From an uncultured Pseudomonadota bacterium (lineage in GTDB: Bacteria; Myxococcota_A; Polyangia; Fen-1088), in NCBI GenBank assembly GCA_963847705.1, contig CAWKBC010000009.1, forward strand, positions 1 through 41,781: a DNA stretch of 41,781 nt, given 5' to 3'. The notes below the pieces were generated by a model, which saw only the letters and a list, made by a program, of their open reading frames with translations, made no database searches and was not told where the DNA came from. Position 1 is the stretch's first letter. The number at the start of each line of letters is the position of its first letter. The position numbers and the translations under genes were made by a program. Of the stretch, positions 17,981 to 27,439 are shown in pieces.

Positions 17981-20880
17981 CTCGATTTGCGCAGCCCTTC
18001 GAGCGTTCGCTCCCAGAAGGTGTAGCCCAGTCGTTCGGCGTCCGGGTCGGAACCAATCAGGCGCACGGCAGAGAGGTGCAGCAACGTTGGTAAGAGCCGC
18101 GCGCGGTCGGCCTCCATCAAATCGCTCGCTGCCGCGGCGACCCGCGCCTGGTGGCCGGCCAGGAGCGGGTCGGCGGCCGGCGCAGCGCCGAGCGCGGCCC
18201 GCAGGCTGCGCGCCTGGAGCCGAAAGACCGCGTCCGATTCCTTGCGCGCCTCGGCGTCGAGCCCGGTCCAGCTTTCCGCCGCCCGCCGGCGCTCACGACC
18301 GACCGCGTGGCGCGCCGCCAGATCGAGCCCCAGCCCGCGCGCCAGCGCGTCGAACAGCAGCGGCAGGGTCGCGATACGGTCGAGCTCCGGATCGGAGAGC
18401 AGCGCGGACACGGCCTCACTGTCCGACTCGAAGATGGCGTGAATCGCTGCCAGGTCGCCGGCGAAAAATCGACCGCGCTCCGGAAAGTAGTCGCCGGTCT
18501 CGAGCGAGGCGAGCGTGCCGTCGGCGCGCGCCGATTCGAGCGCGCGCCGCAGCCGCCGCTCGAAGGCCACCGGGTCACCGTCCGGGGCGTGGGCGCGGAG
18601 GCGGAGGTGCGGCCGCGCGCCGGGGCCGTCGAGATAGCGGAGGAAGAACCAGGCGTCGACCTCGGCGGCGGCGCGCGCCTCGGTCACCGCCGGCAGGACG
18701 GTCCGGGTGAGGAGGCGGTCCTGCCGGGCGGACGAGCCGAAAAGCTTGAAGGTGCGCCAGCCGGCCAGTGGCGGCTCCTGGCGTGGCGGCGGGACGCGCC
18801 CGGCGCGGGCTGTGCGCGGGGCAGGGGGCGTCTCGCCATCGCCGTCCTCGTCGACGACGGCGACGATGGCCTCCACGCGGCGTCCGTCCCGATCGACGAC
18901 CGACGCCAGCGGCGGCCAGATCTCGAACACCCGCTCGTGGGCGGCCAGATCGGCGGCCACGCCGGGCGCCAGCAGATCGAGGGGGTAGAGCTCGTCGCCT
19001 TCACCGACCTGGACCATCCGTGGCACGCCGGCCGCGCGCCGCCAGCGCCCCAGGGCTCGCCCGGCGCCCGCGGGCTTCAGCCCCTGGCGCAGCTCCGGCG
19101 GCAGGCGCCAGCTGGCGGGGGCGATCACGAACCCATCGACGACGATGCGGGGAAGGAACGCCAGCTCGGCGAGCGGGCCCGGCGTGAAGGCCCAGGGGGC
19201 GTGCTGGCGCTGCAGGCTCCACCCGACGAGCAGCTGGGCGGCGCCGGGCGCCGCGGTCGCCGACCGGGCGCGCAGGAGAGGCGAGGGGACGATCGTCATT
19301 GCACCCGGAGCCCTCAGCGTCAGCGCCTGCGCATCCGACGGATCGGCCTCGAGCTCCAGATCGCCGGCGGCCAGGTCACCACCGGCCGCGCTCCAGCGGG
19401 ACAGCGCCAGCGCGCGCGGGCGGATGGGCGGGTGGGTGCCAAGGTCGGCCAGGGCGGCGCTGGGCGCGAACGCCACGTCGACCCGCTCTTCATCGGGGCG
19501 CAGGCGGCGCTCGGCGGCGGCGATCTCCGCGCAGGCGTCGGCGAGCGGGGCGCCGAGGGCGTGGATGAAGCGCCCCAGGGACGCGCCGGCCGGGGCGTGC
19601 AGGCCCAGCAACCAGCCGGTGCCGGCAGGCGCTCCCGGCGGCCGCGGCGCCGGGACCAGGAAGAGCTCGGCCGTGGGCGGCAGCGGCGTCCCCGCCAGAT
19701 CGCCGAGCGCGGCCTCGAGCGCGGTGAGGTCCAGCGTGACCTCGCGCCGTTTGGTGCGTGCCGCCGCGACGATCGCGTCGCAGAGGAGGACCAGCAGCGC
19801 CGGCGGCGCGGCGGCCACCGAAGCCTCGGCAACGGTCCCCGCATCCTCGACGTCCACCCCGTAGTCGCCGGCGGCGAGCGCCCCCAGAGCGAACGCGCCG
19901 GCACCGAAGATCTCCGTCGAGGCATCGAACGCGTCGTTCCAGGCCCGCGCGCTGAAGCGCTCCGAGAGGGGCGGGGCCAGCGCCTCCTGCAGGCGGCAGA
20001 GCAGCGGGACCAGCCGCGCCGCGCGCGCAACGGCCGTCCGTTCGAGGCGCGGCGGCTTTCGCGCCTGCAGGGTCAGCACCGCCGTGACGTCGGGGGCCGC
20101 CCGACCGGGAAGCGCCGCCCACAGGGCGCGGCCGCGCGCCAGCTCGCCGGCCGCGAAGGCGGCCTGGGCCTGGTCGAGCGCGCGCGCTTCGGCCTGCCGG
20201 CCGAGCGCCACCAGCCGGTCGCGCAGGTAGCTGGCGGGCGGCGGCCCGATCAGCGGCGGGGAGAGATCGGTCTGCAGGAGCCCGTCGTGGACCAGGGTGC
20301 GCAAGAGCTCGTCGAGATCGCCGGCCTCCGGCTGGGCGGCCTGGGCACGCGCCCGGACTGCCGGCCAGGGCGCCCAGTCGGTCGTGGCCGCCAGCACCGC
20401 GGTCAGCGCCCGCGCCCCGTCGAGGTCTGCGGTGCACGGCCCGTCGAGCTCTTGGCCGGGGCCGACCCAGCCCACCTCGACACCGTCCGTCCAGACCGAG
20501 GGGGCGGCCCGCAGCCGGACCTGGTCGCGGATCTCCGGCTCGTCGAGCAGCGCCAGGGCCAGGGCGTCGACCCGGGCCCAGCTGGGGGCGAGGTGCGGCG
20601 CCGGGGTGCCAGTCGCGATCTCGGTCTTCGGTCCGAGCTCCCCCACGCAGACGCCGGCCAGAAGGCCGCTCGGCGTGGCGCGAAAGGCCGCCCGTCGCGC
20701 ATAACGCGTGAGCGATCGCTCCCGCGCCGGTCCCGCCGCGGCGGCCGCCAGCGTCGGGCTGGCGACCGCGATCGCCGCCGCGCCCAGCGGATGCGCGGTC
20801 AGCGCCCGCGCGGCGCGCGCGAGCGACGCCGTGGGAAGCAGCGGTGCCCGGAGCAGGAACCGCGACAGCGGTACGTACAC
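17977..20880 (-). CDS. lanB: class I lanthipeptide dehydratase LanB-like (glutamylation + elimination domains)
   Basis: N-terminal FLLRAP, YARRAAFRATPSGLLAGV, GASLGRF, FLPRIVVDGFVIAPASWRL. C-terminal WFFLRY..PHLRLR, YFPERGRF, IFESDS, LLHLSAVRLIG. 967 aa. Confidence 0.85.
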   Translation of the reverse strand: MYVPLSRFLLRAPLLPTASLARAARALTAHPLGAAAIAVASPTLAAAAAGPARERSLTRYARRAAFRATPSGLLAGVCVGELGPKTEIATGTPAPHLAPSWARVDALALALLDEPEIRDQVRLRAAPSVWTDGVEVGWVGPGQELDGPCTADLDGARALTAVLAATTDWAPWPAVRARAQAAQPEAGDLDELLRTLVHDGLLQTDLSPPLIGPPPASYLRDRLVALGRQAEARALDQAQAAFAAGELARGRALWAALPGRAAPDVTAVLTLQARKPPRLERTAVARAARLVPLLCRLQEALAPPLSERFSARAWNDAFDASTEIFGAGAFALGALAAGDYGVDVEDAGTVAEASVAAAPPALLVLLCDAIVAAARTKRREVTLDLTALEAALGDLAGTPLPPTAELFLVPAPRPPGAPAGTGWLLGLHAPAGASLGRFIHALGAPLADACAEIAAAERRLRPDEERVDVAFAPSAALADLGTHPPIRPRALALSRWSAAGGDLAAGDLELEADPSDAQALTLRAPGAMTIVPSPLLRARSATAAPGAAQLLVGWSLQRQHAPWAFTPGPLAELAFLPRIVVDGFVIAPASWRLPPELRQGLKPAGAGRALGRWRRAAGVPRMVQVGEGDELYPLDLLAPGVAADLAAHERVFEIWPPLASVVDRDGRRVEAIVAVVDEDGDGETPPAPRTARAGRVPPPRQEPPLAGWRTFKLFGSSARQDRLLTRTVLPAVTEARAAAEVDAWFFLRYLDGPGARPHLRLRAHAPDGDPVAFERRLRRALESARADGTLASLETGDYFPERGRFFAGDLAAIHAIFESDSEAVSALLSDPELDRIATLPLLFDALARGLGLDLAARHAVGRERRRAAESWTGLDAEARKESDAVFRLQARSLRAALGAAPAADPLLAGHQARVAAAASDLMEADRARLLPTLLHLSAVRLIGSDPDAERLGYTFWERTLEGLRKSR

Positions 20881-20887
20881 GGCGGGG

Positions 20888-20893
20888 AGATTA
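20888..20893 (-). promoter_or_regulatory. putative -10 box (TAATCT) 7 nt before the lanB GTG; leaderless
   Basis: An AT-rich hexamer in a GC-rich spacer, with no Shine-Dalgarno sequence. Confidence 0.5.
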
Positions 20894-20908
20894 ACCCGCC
20901 CGGCCCTC

Positions 20909-21532
20909 TCAGTTGTAAGGGCTCGCCTCGGGGGGGCGGTCGATGGCCTGAATCGGCATGGGCGGACGGGTCGGATCGTTGATGTCGGTGGTGGGCTGGT
21001 TCTCTTCCTGGATCCGCCCGGCCGAAACGGCGTCGAGGTTGTCGCCCATGCAGCTGTCCACCTCGAGGCCGAGCGCGCTCACCCGATCGTGCACCTGACT
21101 GATGACGTCGAACTCGGTCCGCATCACGATCGGCTCGGCCTTGAAGGTGCGCAGCATCAGCATGCGCGGAGAGGCCAGGTTCGAGAGCGTCTTCATCTGG
21201 GCGATCTTGTCGTCGATGCAGGTCATGCGGATGATGTCGTGCGAGCGGTAGGCGACGATGCGCACGTCCTGGGCGTGCTCGATCGCGGTCTCCATCTCGG
21301 CCGCGTATTTGGGCGCCAGGATCATCATCTGCTCGGAGGTGTACTTGCTGTCGGCCGGCGCGTTGGGCAGCGCGTTGGCGAGCTGCCCTTCGTTCACCAT
21401 CTGGGTGGCGATCGTGCGGTTGAGATCTGGCTTGGGCGGAGCGGTCACCTGATCCGCCGCGTAGACAGCCCCCCCGAGCGCGCAGAGCGTGACGGCGACT
21501 TTGACGAACCTTCCCCGCATGGAGAGGTCCAT
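20909..21532 (-). CDS. hypothetical secreted helical protein
   Basis: Signal peptide ending AVYA, two mature-region Cys (MTCIDDK, DSCMG), a Pro-rich tail RPPEASP, and strong GC3 bias. Confidence 0.75.
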   Translation of the reverse strand: MDLSMRGRFVKVAVTLCALGGAVYAADQVTAPPKPDLNRTIATQMVNEGQLANALPNAPADSKYTSEQMMILAPKYAAEMETAIEHAQDVRIVAYRSHDIIRMTCIDDKIAQMKTLSNLASPRMLMLRTFKAEPIVMRTEFDVISQVHDRVSALGLEVDSCMGDNLDAVSAGRIQEENQPTTDINDPTRPPMPIQAIDRPPEASPYN

Positions 21533-21653
21533 CGGCGGAGGCGCGTCACAAATTGAGCATCGCGGCGCGAAAGCGCCGCCCCGTCAAGGGTCTGACGGAG
21601 ACGAAACCTCCAGCAGGCCGCTGAAAGGCGAGCCGAAGCCCCGCGGGAGATCT

Positions 21654-21689
21654 CCCTCTCCCGCTTGCGGGAGAGGGCCGGGGAGAGGG
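21654..21689. repeat. CCCTCTCCC...GGGAGAGGG palindromic element (BoxC-like) downstream of glgP
   Basis: Perfect inverted repeat CCCTCTCCCGC-TT-GCGGGAGAGGG, plus a second GGGAGAGGG arm. GCAA tetraloop on the minus strand. Confidence 0.7.
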
Positions 21690-21709
21690 CAAGCCTTCGA
21701 GACGACAGC

Positions 21710-23848
21710 CTACGGCATGCGGCAATTCTCGGCGCCGGCGGCGGGGAGGTAGCAGTTGTTGGTGTAGTCGATGACCATCCGGTCGGTGTTGAAGCGCCAG
21801 CCGAGCGTGCGCATGGTCCGCTTCATCCGTTCGACCCAGCCGTGCGGGACATTCTGGTCGTTGCGCTCGTAGTAGGTCGGGATGATCACGTTCTCCAGTG
21901 TCTCGTACAGCGAGGCGGCGTCGCGCCGATCCTGCTCCTCGACGGAGACGTGCGTGATGCCGTCGCCGATGGCGAAGCCGTTGAGGCCGTCGTACGCCTC
22001 CGCCCACCAGCCGTCGAGCACCGAGAAGTTGAGCCCGCCGTTGAGCAGCGCCTTCTGTCCGCTGGTGCCGCTCGCCTCCTGCGGGCGGCGCGGGTTGTTC
22101 ATCCAGACATCGACCCCCTGGACCAGGTGGCGGCCGACGTTGATGTCGTAGTCCTCGATGAAGATGACGTGGTTCTTGAGGTCGCCGGCGATGGCGGCGT
22201 CGTGCACCTGGCGCAGCACCTCTTGTCCGGGGCGATCGGCCGGGTGCGCCTTGCCCGAGAAGACCAGCTGCACGGGGCGCTTCGGATCGGTGAGGAGGCG
22301 CTTGAGGCGGGGCAGATCGCTGAAGATCAGGCTGGCCCGCTTGTAGGTCGCGAAGCGGCGCGCGAAGCCGATGGTCAGCGCCTCCGGATCGAGCGCGGTC
22401 TGGGCGGCGGCGATCGAGTCGTCGGGGTACTCGCTGCGCCGGCGCTGCTCCGAGACGCGGCGGCGCACGAACTGGACCAGCGCCGCCTTCAACACCCGGT
22501 GCGTCTCCCAGAGCTCGGCGTCCGGGATGCTGTCGATGCGTGACCACATCTGCGGGTCGGCCAGGTGCTCGCGCCAGTCGGTGCCGGCGTACTTCGAATA
22601 GAGGTCCTGCATCGCGGGGGCGAGCCAGGTCGGGACGTGCACGCCGTTGGTGATGTGACCCACCGGGACCTCGTCCTCGCGGTGGTGGGGCCAGAGCACC
22701 TGCCAGGACTTGCGCGTGATCCGGCCGTGCAGCGCCGAGACGCCGTTGGCGTAGCGGGACATCTTGAACGCCAGCACCGTCATGCAGAGCGCCTCGCGGT
22801 GATCGTCCGGGCGGATGCGGCCGAGGCCGAGAAAGTCGGGTTGCGACAGCCCGAGCGAGCGGCGCAGCGGCTCCAGGTGATCGTCGACCAGCTCGGGCGG
22901 GAAGCGGTCATGCCCGGCGTCGACCGGCGTGTGGGTGGTGAAGACGGTGTTCTGCGCGACCTCCTGCGCGCAGGTGCGGAAGTCGGCCCCCGTCTGCTCC
23001 ATCAAGAAGCGGGCGTATTCCAGGGTGGCGAAGGCGCTGTGCCCTTCGTTCAGGTGCAGGCCCCCCCAGTGGATGCCGGCGGCCCGCAGCGCCCGGATTC
23101 CGCCCACGCCGAGCAGCAGCTCCTGCCGGATGCGGATCCGCTGATCGCCGAAGTAGAGGCGGGCGGCCAGCTGCCGGTTTTCTTCGGAGTTGCCGTCGAC
23201 GTCGGTGTCGAGCAGCAGGAGCTTGTTGCGCCCGACCGCGATCTCCCACACCTGGGCCAGCAGCGTCTCGCGCGAGAGCGGAACTTCGATAATGATCGGC
23301 TTGCCGGTCGGGGTCCTGGCCGGCTGCGCGGGGAGCAGCTCCGCCGGCGAGCGGACGTACTCGGCGTGCTGCCAGCCGTCGCGGCTGATGTGTTGCCGGA
23401 AGTACGACTCCCGGTAGAAGAGGCCGACCGCCACCAGCGGCAGCCCGAGGTCGGAGGCGCTCTTGAGGTGGTCGCCGGCCAGGACGCCGAGGCCCCCCGA
23501 ATAGATGGGCAGCGACTCGTGGATCCCGAACTCCGCCGAAAAGTAGGCGACCGGCCGCACCCGGAGCGGCCCTGCGTTGACCGAGGCCCAGGTGCGGGTG
23601 GCGCCCAGGTACTCGCGCAGCTCGCGGTGGGCGCTGTCGACCCGGGCCCGCAGGACGGCGTCGCGCGCCTGGTCTTCCAGGCGATCCAGCGAAAATCCGG
23701 CCAGCACGGAGACGGGATTGTGGTTCGCGGCGCGGAAACCATCGGGATCGAGGTCCCGGAACAGCTTGATGATGTGGGGGTTCCAGGCCCACCACAGATT
23801 GACGGAGAGATCTTTGAGCTGACTGAGTAGCTTTTCGCCGGGGGTCAT
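21710..23848 (-). CDS. glgP: alpha-glucan (glycogen) phosphorylase
   Basis: AYFSAEFG, YSGGLGVLAGDHLKSASD, HLNEGH, FARRFATYKRA and EASGTSGQK (PLP lysine). Confidence 0.96.
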   Translation of the reverse strand: MTPGEKLLSQLKDLSVNLWWAWNPHIIKLFRDLDPDGFRAANHNPVSVLAGFSLDRLEDQARDAVLRARVDSAHRELREYLGATRTWASVNAGPLRVRPVAYFSAEFGIHESLPIYSGGLGVLAGDHLKSASDLGLPLVAVGLFYRESYFRQHISRDGWQHAEYVRSPAELLPAQPARTPTGKPIIIEVPLSRETLLAQVWEIAVGRNKLLLLDTDVDGNSEENRQLAARLYFGDQRIRIRQELLLGVGGIRALRAAGIHWGGLHLNEGHSAFATLEYARFLMEQTGADFRTCAQEVAQNTVFTTHTPVDAGHDRFPPELVDDHLEPLRRSLGLSQPDFLGLGRIRPDDHREALCMTVLAFKMSRYANGVSALHGRITRKSWQVLWPHHREDEVPVGHITNGVHVPTWLAPAMQDLYSKYAGTDWREHLADPQMWSRIDSIPDAELWETHRVLKAALVQFVRRRVSEQRRRSEYPDDSIAAAQTALDPEALTIGFARRFATYKRASLIFSDLPRLKRLLTDPKRPVQLVFSGKAHPADRPGQEVLRQVHDAAIAGDLKNHVIFIEDYDINVGRHLVQGVDVWMNNPRRPQEASGTSGQKALLNGGLNFSVLDGWWAEAYDGLNGFAIGDGITHVSVEEQDRRDAASLYETLENVIIPTYYERNDQNVPHGWVERMKRTMRTLGWRFNTDRMVIDYTNNCYLPAAGAENCRMP

Positions 23849-23858
23849 GGGCCGGGGG

Positions 23859-23908
23859 AATATAAACCAGTTTTTCGTCGGCGCTCACCGGCGGGAAATG
23901 GTTATAGT
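23859..23908. promoter_or_regulatory. closely spaced divergent -10 boxes for glgP and glgC
   Basis: Minus-strand TATATT at 23864-23859 and plus-strand TATAGT at 23903-23908, within an 87-bp AT-enriched spacer. Confidence 0.55.
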
Positions 23909-23935
23909 TGGCCGGCCAGATCGCGCACCCAAACA

Positions 23936-25192
23936 ATGGACGGACAGCAAAGGTTCATCGCGCTGGTCATGGCCGGCGGCAAAGGCTCTCGGCTCTTCCC
24001 GCTGACGCTCGACCGCGCCAAGCCGGCGGTGCCCTTCGGGGGGCGTTACCGGATCATCGATTTCGTCCTCTCCAACCTGGCGAACTCCGGCGTGCGCTCG
24101 GTCTACGTGCTGACGCAGTACAAGTCGCAGTCGCTGGCCGAGCACGTCCAGCGGACCTGGGGGGCGCGCAGCTCCTACGACGCCTTCGTCACCGTGGTGC
24201 CCGCGCAGATGCGGATGGGAGAATCCTGGTACCGCGGCACGGCGGACTCGGTCTTCCAGAACCTCCATCTGATCGAGGAGTATCGCGGGGACGCGGTGCT
24301 CGTCTTCGGGGCGGACCACATCTACAAGATGAACATCCGCCAGATGACCGACTTCCACTTCCAGAAGGGGGCCATGGCGACGATCGCCTGCCTGCCGATC
24401 AAGAAGTCGGAGGCCAACCAGTTCGGCATCGTCCAGGTCGACGAGCAGTGGCGGGTGGTCGGCTTCCAGGAGAAGCCGGAGAACGACCCGGTCACCATCC
24501 CCGGCGATCCCGAGCACTGCCTGGGCTCGATGGGGAACTACGTCTTCGCCCCGGGCCCGCTCATCGAGGAGCTGCGGGCCGACGCGGAGCGCGAGTCGCA
24601 CCACGACTTCGGCCGCAACATCCTGCCGGCGATGGTCAAGTCGGGCAAGGTGTTCGCCTACAACTTCGGCCTCAATCGCATCCGCGGGGTCTCCGACGAG
24701 GTGGAGAACGCCTACTGGCGCGACGTGGGGACCATCGACGCCTACTACGAGGCCAACATGGACCTCAAGAACGTGGTCCCCAGCCTGAACCTGTACAACT
24801 GGGACTGGCCCATCGTCACCGCCAACTACCCCGACCCCCCCGCCAAGCTGGTGTTCGACGAGGATGTCCGGCGCGGCATCGCTCTCCAGTCGATCCTCTC
24901 GGGTGGCTGCATCGTGGCCGGCGGGTTCGTCAAGGACTCGGTGCTGGGGCGGAACGTCTTCATCGACGCCGGTGCCCGGGTCGAGGCTTCGATCCTGTTC
25001 GACAACGTCTACGTCGGCCGCAGCGCGCACGTCAGCCGCGCCATCGTCGACAAGAACGTGCGCGTCCCCGAAGGGGATCACATCGGGCACGACCTGGCGC
25101 GCGACGCCCTCCGCTACACGGTGAGCGAAGGGGGGATCACCGTCGTCCAGAAGGCGCGGGACACGCTGCTCACGAGATCGCGAAACTTCTGA
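23936..25192 (+). CDS. glgC: glucose-1-phosphate adenylyltransferase (paralog 1)
   Basis: AGGKGSRLFPLT.DRAKPAVPFGGRYRIIDF, WYRGTADS, ADHIY, FQEKP, SMGNYVF, YWRDVGT and a C-terminal beta-helix. Confidence 0.96.
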   Translation: MDGQQRFIALVMAGGKGSRLFPLTLDRAKPAVPFGGRYRIIDFVLSNLANSGVRSVYVLTQYKSQSLAEHVQRTWGARSSYDAFVTVVPAQMRMGESWYRGTADSVFQNLHLIEEYRGDAVLVFGADHIYKMNIRQMTDFHFQKGAMATIACLPIKKSEANQFGIVQVDEQWRVVGFQEKPENDPVTIPGDPEHCLGSMGNYVFAPGPLIEELRADAERESHHDFGRNILPAMVKSGKVFAYNFGLNRIRGVSDEVENAYWRDVGTIDAYYEANMDLKNVVPSLNLYNWDWPIVTANYPDPPAKLVFDEDVRRGIALQSILSGGCIVAGGFVKDSVLGRNVFIDAGARVEASILFDNVYVGRSAHVSRAIVDKNVRVPEGDHIGHDLARDALRYTVSEGGITVVQKARDTLLTRSRNF

Positions 25193-25193
25193 C

Positions 25194-27410
25194 GTGGCGC
25201 AGTCGTCGTCATCCCCGCCGTCTCATCTGCCCATCGCGCTCGTGGTCCACGGGCACTTCTACCAGCCGCCGCGCGAGAACCCCTGGACCGACCAGATCCC
25301 GCGGGAGCCCTCGGCGGCGCCGTTCCACGACTGGAACGAGCGCATCCACGCCGAGAGCTACCGGGCCAACGCCTTCGCGCGCATCCACGCCGCCGACGGA
25401 CGGATCGAGTCGATCGTCAACAACTACGAACGGCTGTCGTTCAACGTCGGCCCCACCCTGGCGCGCTGGATCGCGCGGCAGGATCCCGCGGTGGCGGCCC
25501 GGCTGCGCGCCGCCGACGAGGAGCAGCGGCAACGGCTGGGGGCGGGCGGTGCCATCGCCCAGGCCTATGCGCATCCGATCATTCCGCTCTGCGATCCGGC
25601 CGACCGTCGGACGCAGCTCCTCTGGGGGCTGCAAGACTTCGAGCGAAGGTTTGGCCGCCCGGCCGACGGACTCTGGCTCCCCGAGACGGGCGTCTCCCCG
25701 GCCACGCTGACCGCGCTCATCGACCTCGGGGTCTCGTACACGATCCTGGCGCCCGAGCAGATCGACGGCGTGCGGGCCGGAGCCGGCGACGAATGGGTGG
25801 ACGTCGATCGCGACAGCCTCGACACCGGGCGCGTCTACAACTGGCGCCACCCCGACGGCTCGGGGCGGACCATCGCGCTCGCCGTGTTCGACGGCCAGAT
25901 GTCGCGCGCGGTCGCCTTCAGCGACGCCGCCAGCCGCGCCGAGAGCCTGCTCGACGCCGCCCGCGCCTCGGCCGACCGCTCGAAGGCGGGCGGACAGCGG
26001 CTGGTCCTCTGTGCCTCGGACGGCGAGCTCTGGGGGCATCACAAGAAGTTCTCCAATCTGACGCTGGCCTTCGCGACGCGCGTCGAGGCGGCCCGGCGCG
26101 GGGTCGAGGTGACGAACCTCGGCGCCTACCTGGCGACCCACCCTCCGGTCTGGGAGGCGCGGCTCGCCCCCGGGCCCGACGGCGAAGGAACCGCCTGGAG
26201 CTGCGGGCACGGCGTGGGACGCTGGCGGCGCGATTGCGGCTGCAACATGGGGAGCGGTCCCGGCTGGAATCAGGCCTGGCGCGGACCCCTGCGCCGCGGG
26301 CTCGATCTGATCCGCGACGCCGCCGCGCGCTTCTATGAGGACGCGGCCGGGGAGCTCCTGGTCGACCCCTGGGGGGCGCGCGACGCCTATGGCGCGGTGG
26401 TCGACGATCCGATCCCGGTGCGCGATCGGGCGATGGAGTCGTTCGGCCGGCCGGCGCTGGCGGCCGGCGGCGAGGCGGCGCGCGAGCGGGTGCGGCACCT
26501 CCTGGAGCTGCAACGGGCGACGCTGCTCATGTACGCGAGCTGCGCCTGGTTCTTCGACGACATCGCCGGCCTGGAGGCCTCGCTGGTGATCCGGATCGGC
26601 GCGCACGCGATGGATCTGATGCGCCAGGCGGGGGGAACGCCGCCCGTGCGTCAGGTGCTGGAGGCGCTGGCCGAAGGGAAGAGCAACCTTCCCGAGGCTG
26701 GCAACGGCGCCGACGTTTTCCGCAAGGTGGCCGAGCACCAGGTGACCGCCAGCCAGGCGGTCGCGGGCGCCGCCCTGGAGGCGCTCGTCTCACCCCAGGC
26801 GTTCGACACCCAGGCGGTGCCCGGTTTCGACGTGACGCTTTCGGGGCATCTGGAAGAAGCGGCGCCCGGGCTGCGGCGCCTGGAGGGGACGGCGCGAGCC
26901 CGCCAGAGACGGCTGGGGGTGGAGGAGGAGCTCACCTTCACGGCGATCACCCGGCCCGACGGGCAGTTCGAGGCGCGGGTGGGCGGACGGCGGCTGTCGC
27001 TCGATGATCTGGGCGACGAGGCGCGGGGGACGCTGGTGATGGGAGCGTTGCCGATGCTGCTGCCGGAGATCCGCTCGCCGAAGGTGGCGCGGCTGGTGGC
27101 GGCGGCGGCGCGTGAGGTCCCGCCCGACGGTGACACGCCCGCGGGCGTCGCCCGCCGGACGCTGCTCGCGCGTGTCGTCTCGATTCTGCTCGGGGAGGGT
27201 GAGGAGACGCCGGGCGCCGAGACGCTGCAGATCTGCGGTGCGCTGTTCGACCTGCTGGCGCTCCCGGCCGGCTCGCCTGAACGGCGCGCCATCGAAGAGC
27301 GGGTCTGGGCGTTGATCGCGCGGGGCCGCCCCAACCCGGCGCTGCGCGCGTTTTCCGAAAAAGTCGGCTTCGCCCGGGGCGACACCGAGAGCGAGACCGC
27401 CACTTCCTGA
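25194..27410 (+). CDS. GH57-family glycoside hydrolase with DUF3536
   Basis: HGHFYQPPRENPW, HDWNERI, SFNVGPTL, WLPET, DGELWGHH, WSCGHGVGRW and MYASCAWFFDD. Confidence 0.88.
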   Translation: MAQSSSSPPSHLPIALVVHGHFYQPPRENPWTDQIPREPSAAPFHDWNERIHAESYRANAFARIHAADGRIESIVNNYERLSFNVGPTLARWIARQDPAVAARLRAADEEQRQRLGAGGAIAQAYAHPIIPLCDPADRRTQLLWGLQDFERRFGRPADGLWLPETGVSPATLTALIDLGVSYTILAPEQIDGVRAGAGDEWVDVDRDSLDTGRVYNWRHPDGSGRTIALAVFDGQMSRAVAFSDAASRAESLLDAARASADRSKAGGQRLVLCASDGELWGHHKKFSNLTLAFATRVEAARRGVEVTNLGAYLATHPPVWEARLAPGPDGEGTAWSCGHGVGRWRRDCGCNMGSGPGWNQAWRGPLRRGLDLIRDAAARFYEDAAGELLVDPWGARDAYGAVVDDPIPVRDRAMESFGRPALAAGGEAARERVRHLLELQRATLLMYASCAWFFDDIAGLEASLVIRIGAHAMDLMRQAGGTPPVRQVLEALAEGKSNLPEAGNGADVFRKVAEHQVTASQAVAGAALEALVSPQAFDTQAVPGFDVTLSGHLEEAAPGLRRLEGTARARQRRLGVEEELTFTAITRPDGQFEARVGGRRLSLDDLGDEARGTLVMGALPMLLPEIRSPKVARLVAAAAREVPPDGDTPAGVARRTLLARVVSILLGEGEETPGAETLQICGALFDLLALPAGSPERRAIEERVWALIARGRPNPALRAFSEKVGFARGDTESETATS

Positions 27411-27439
27411 TCTTGCGGGTCGAGAGTATTCTCCGGCCC

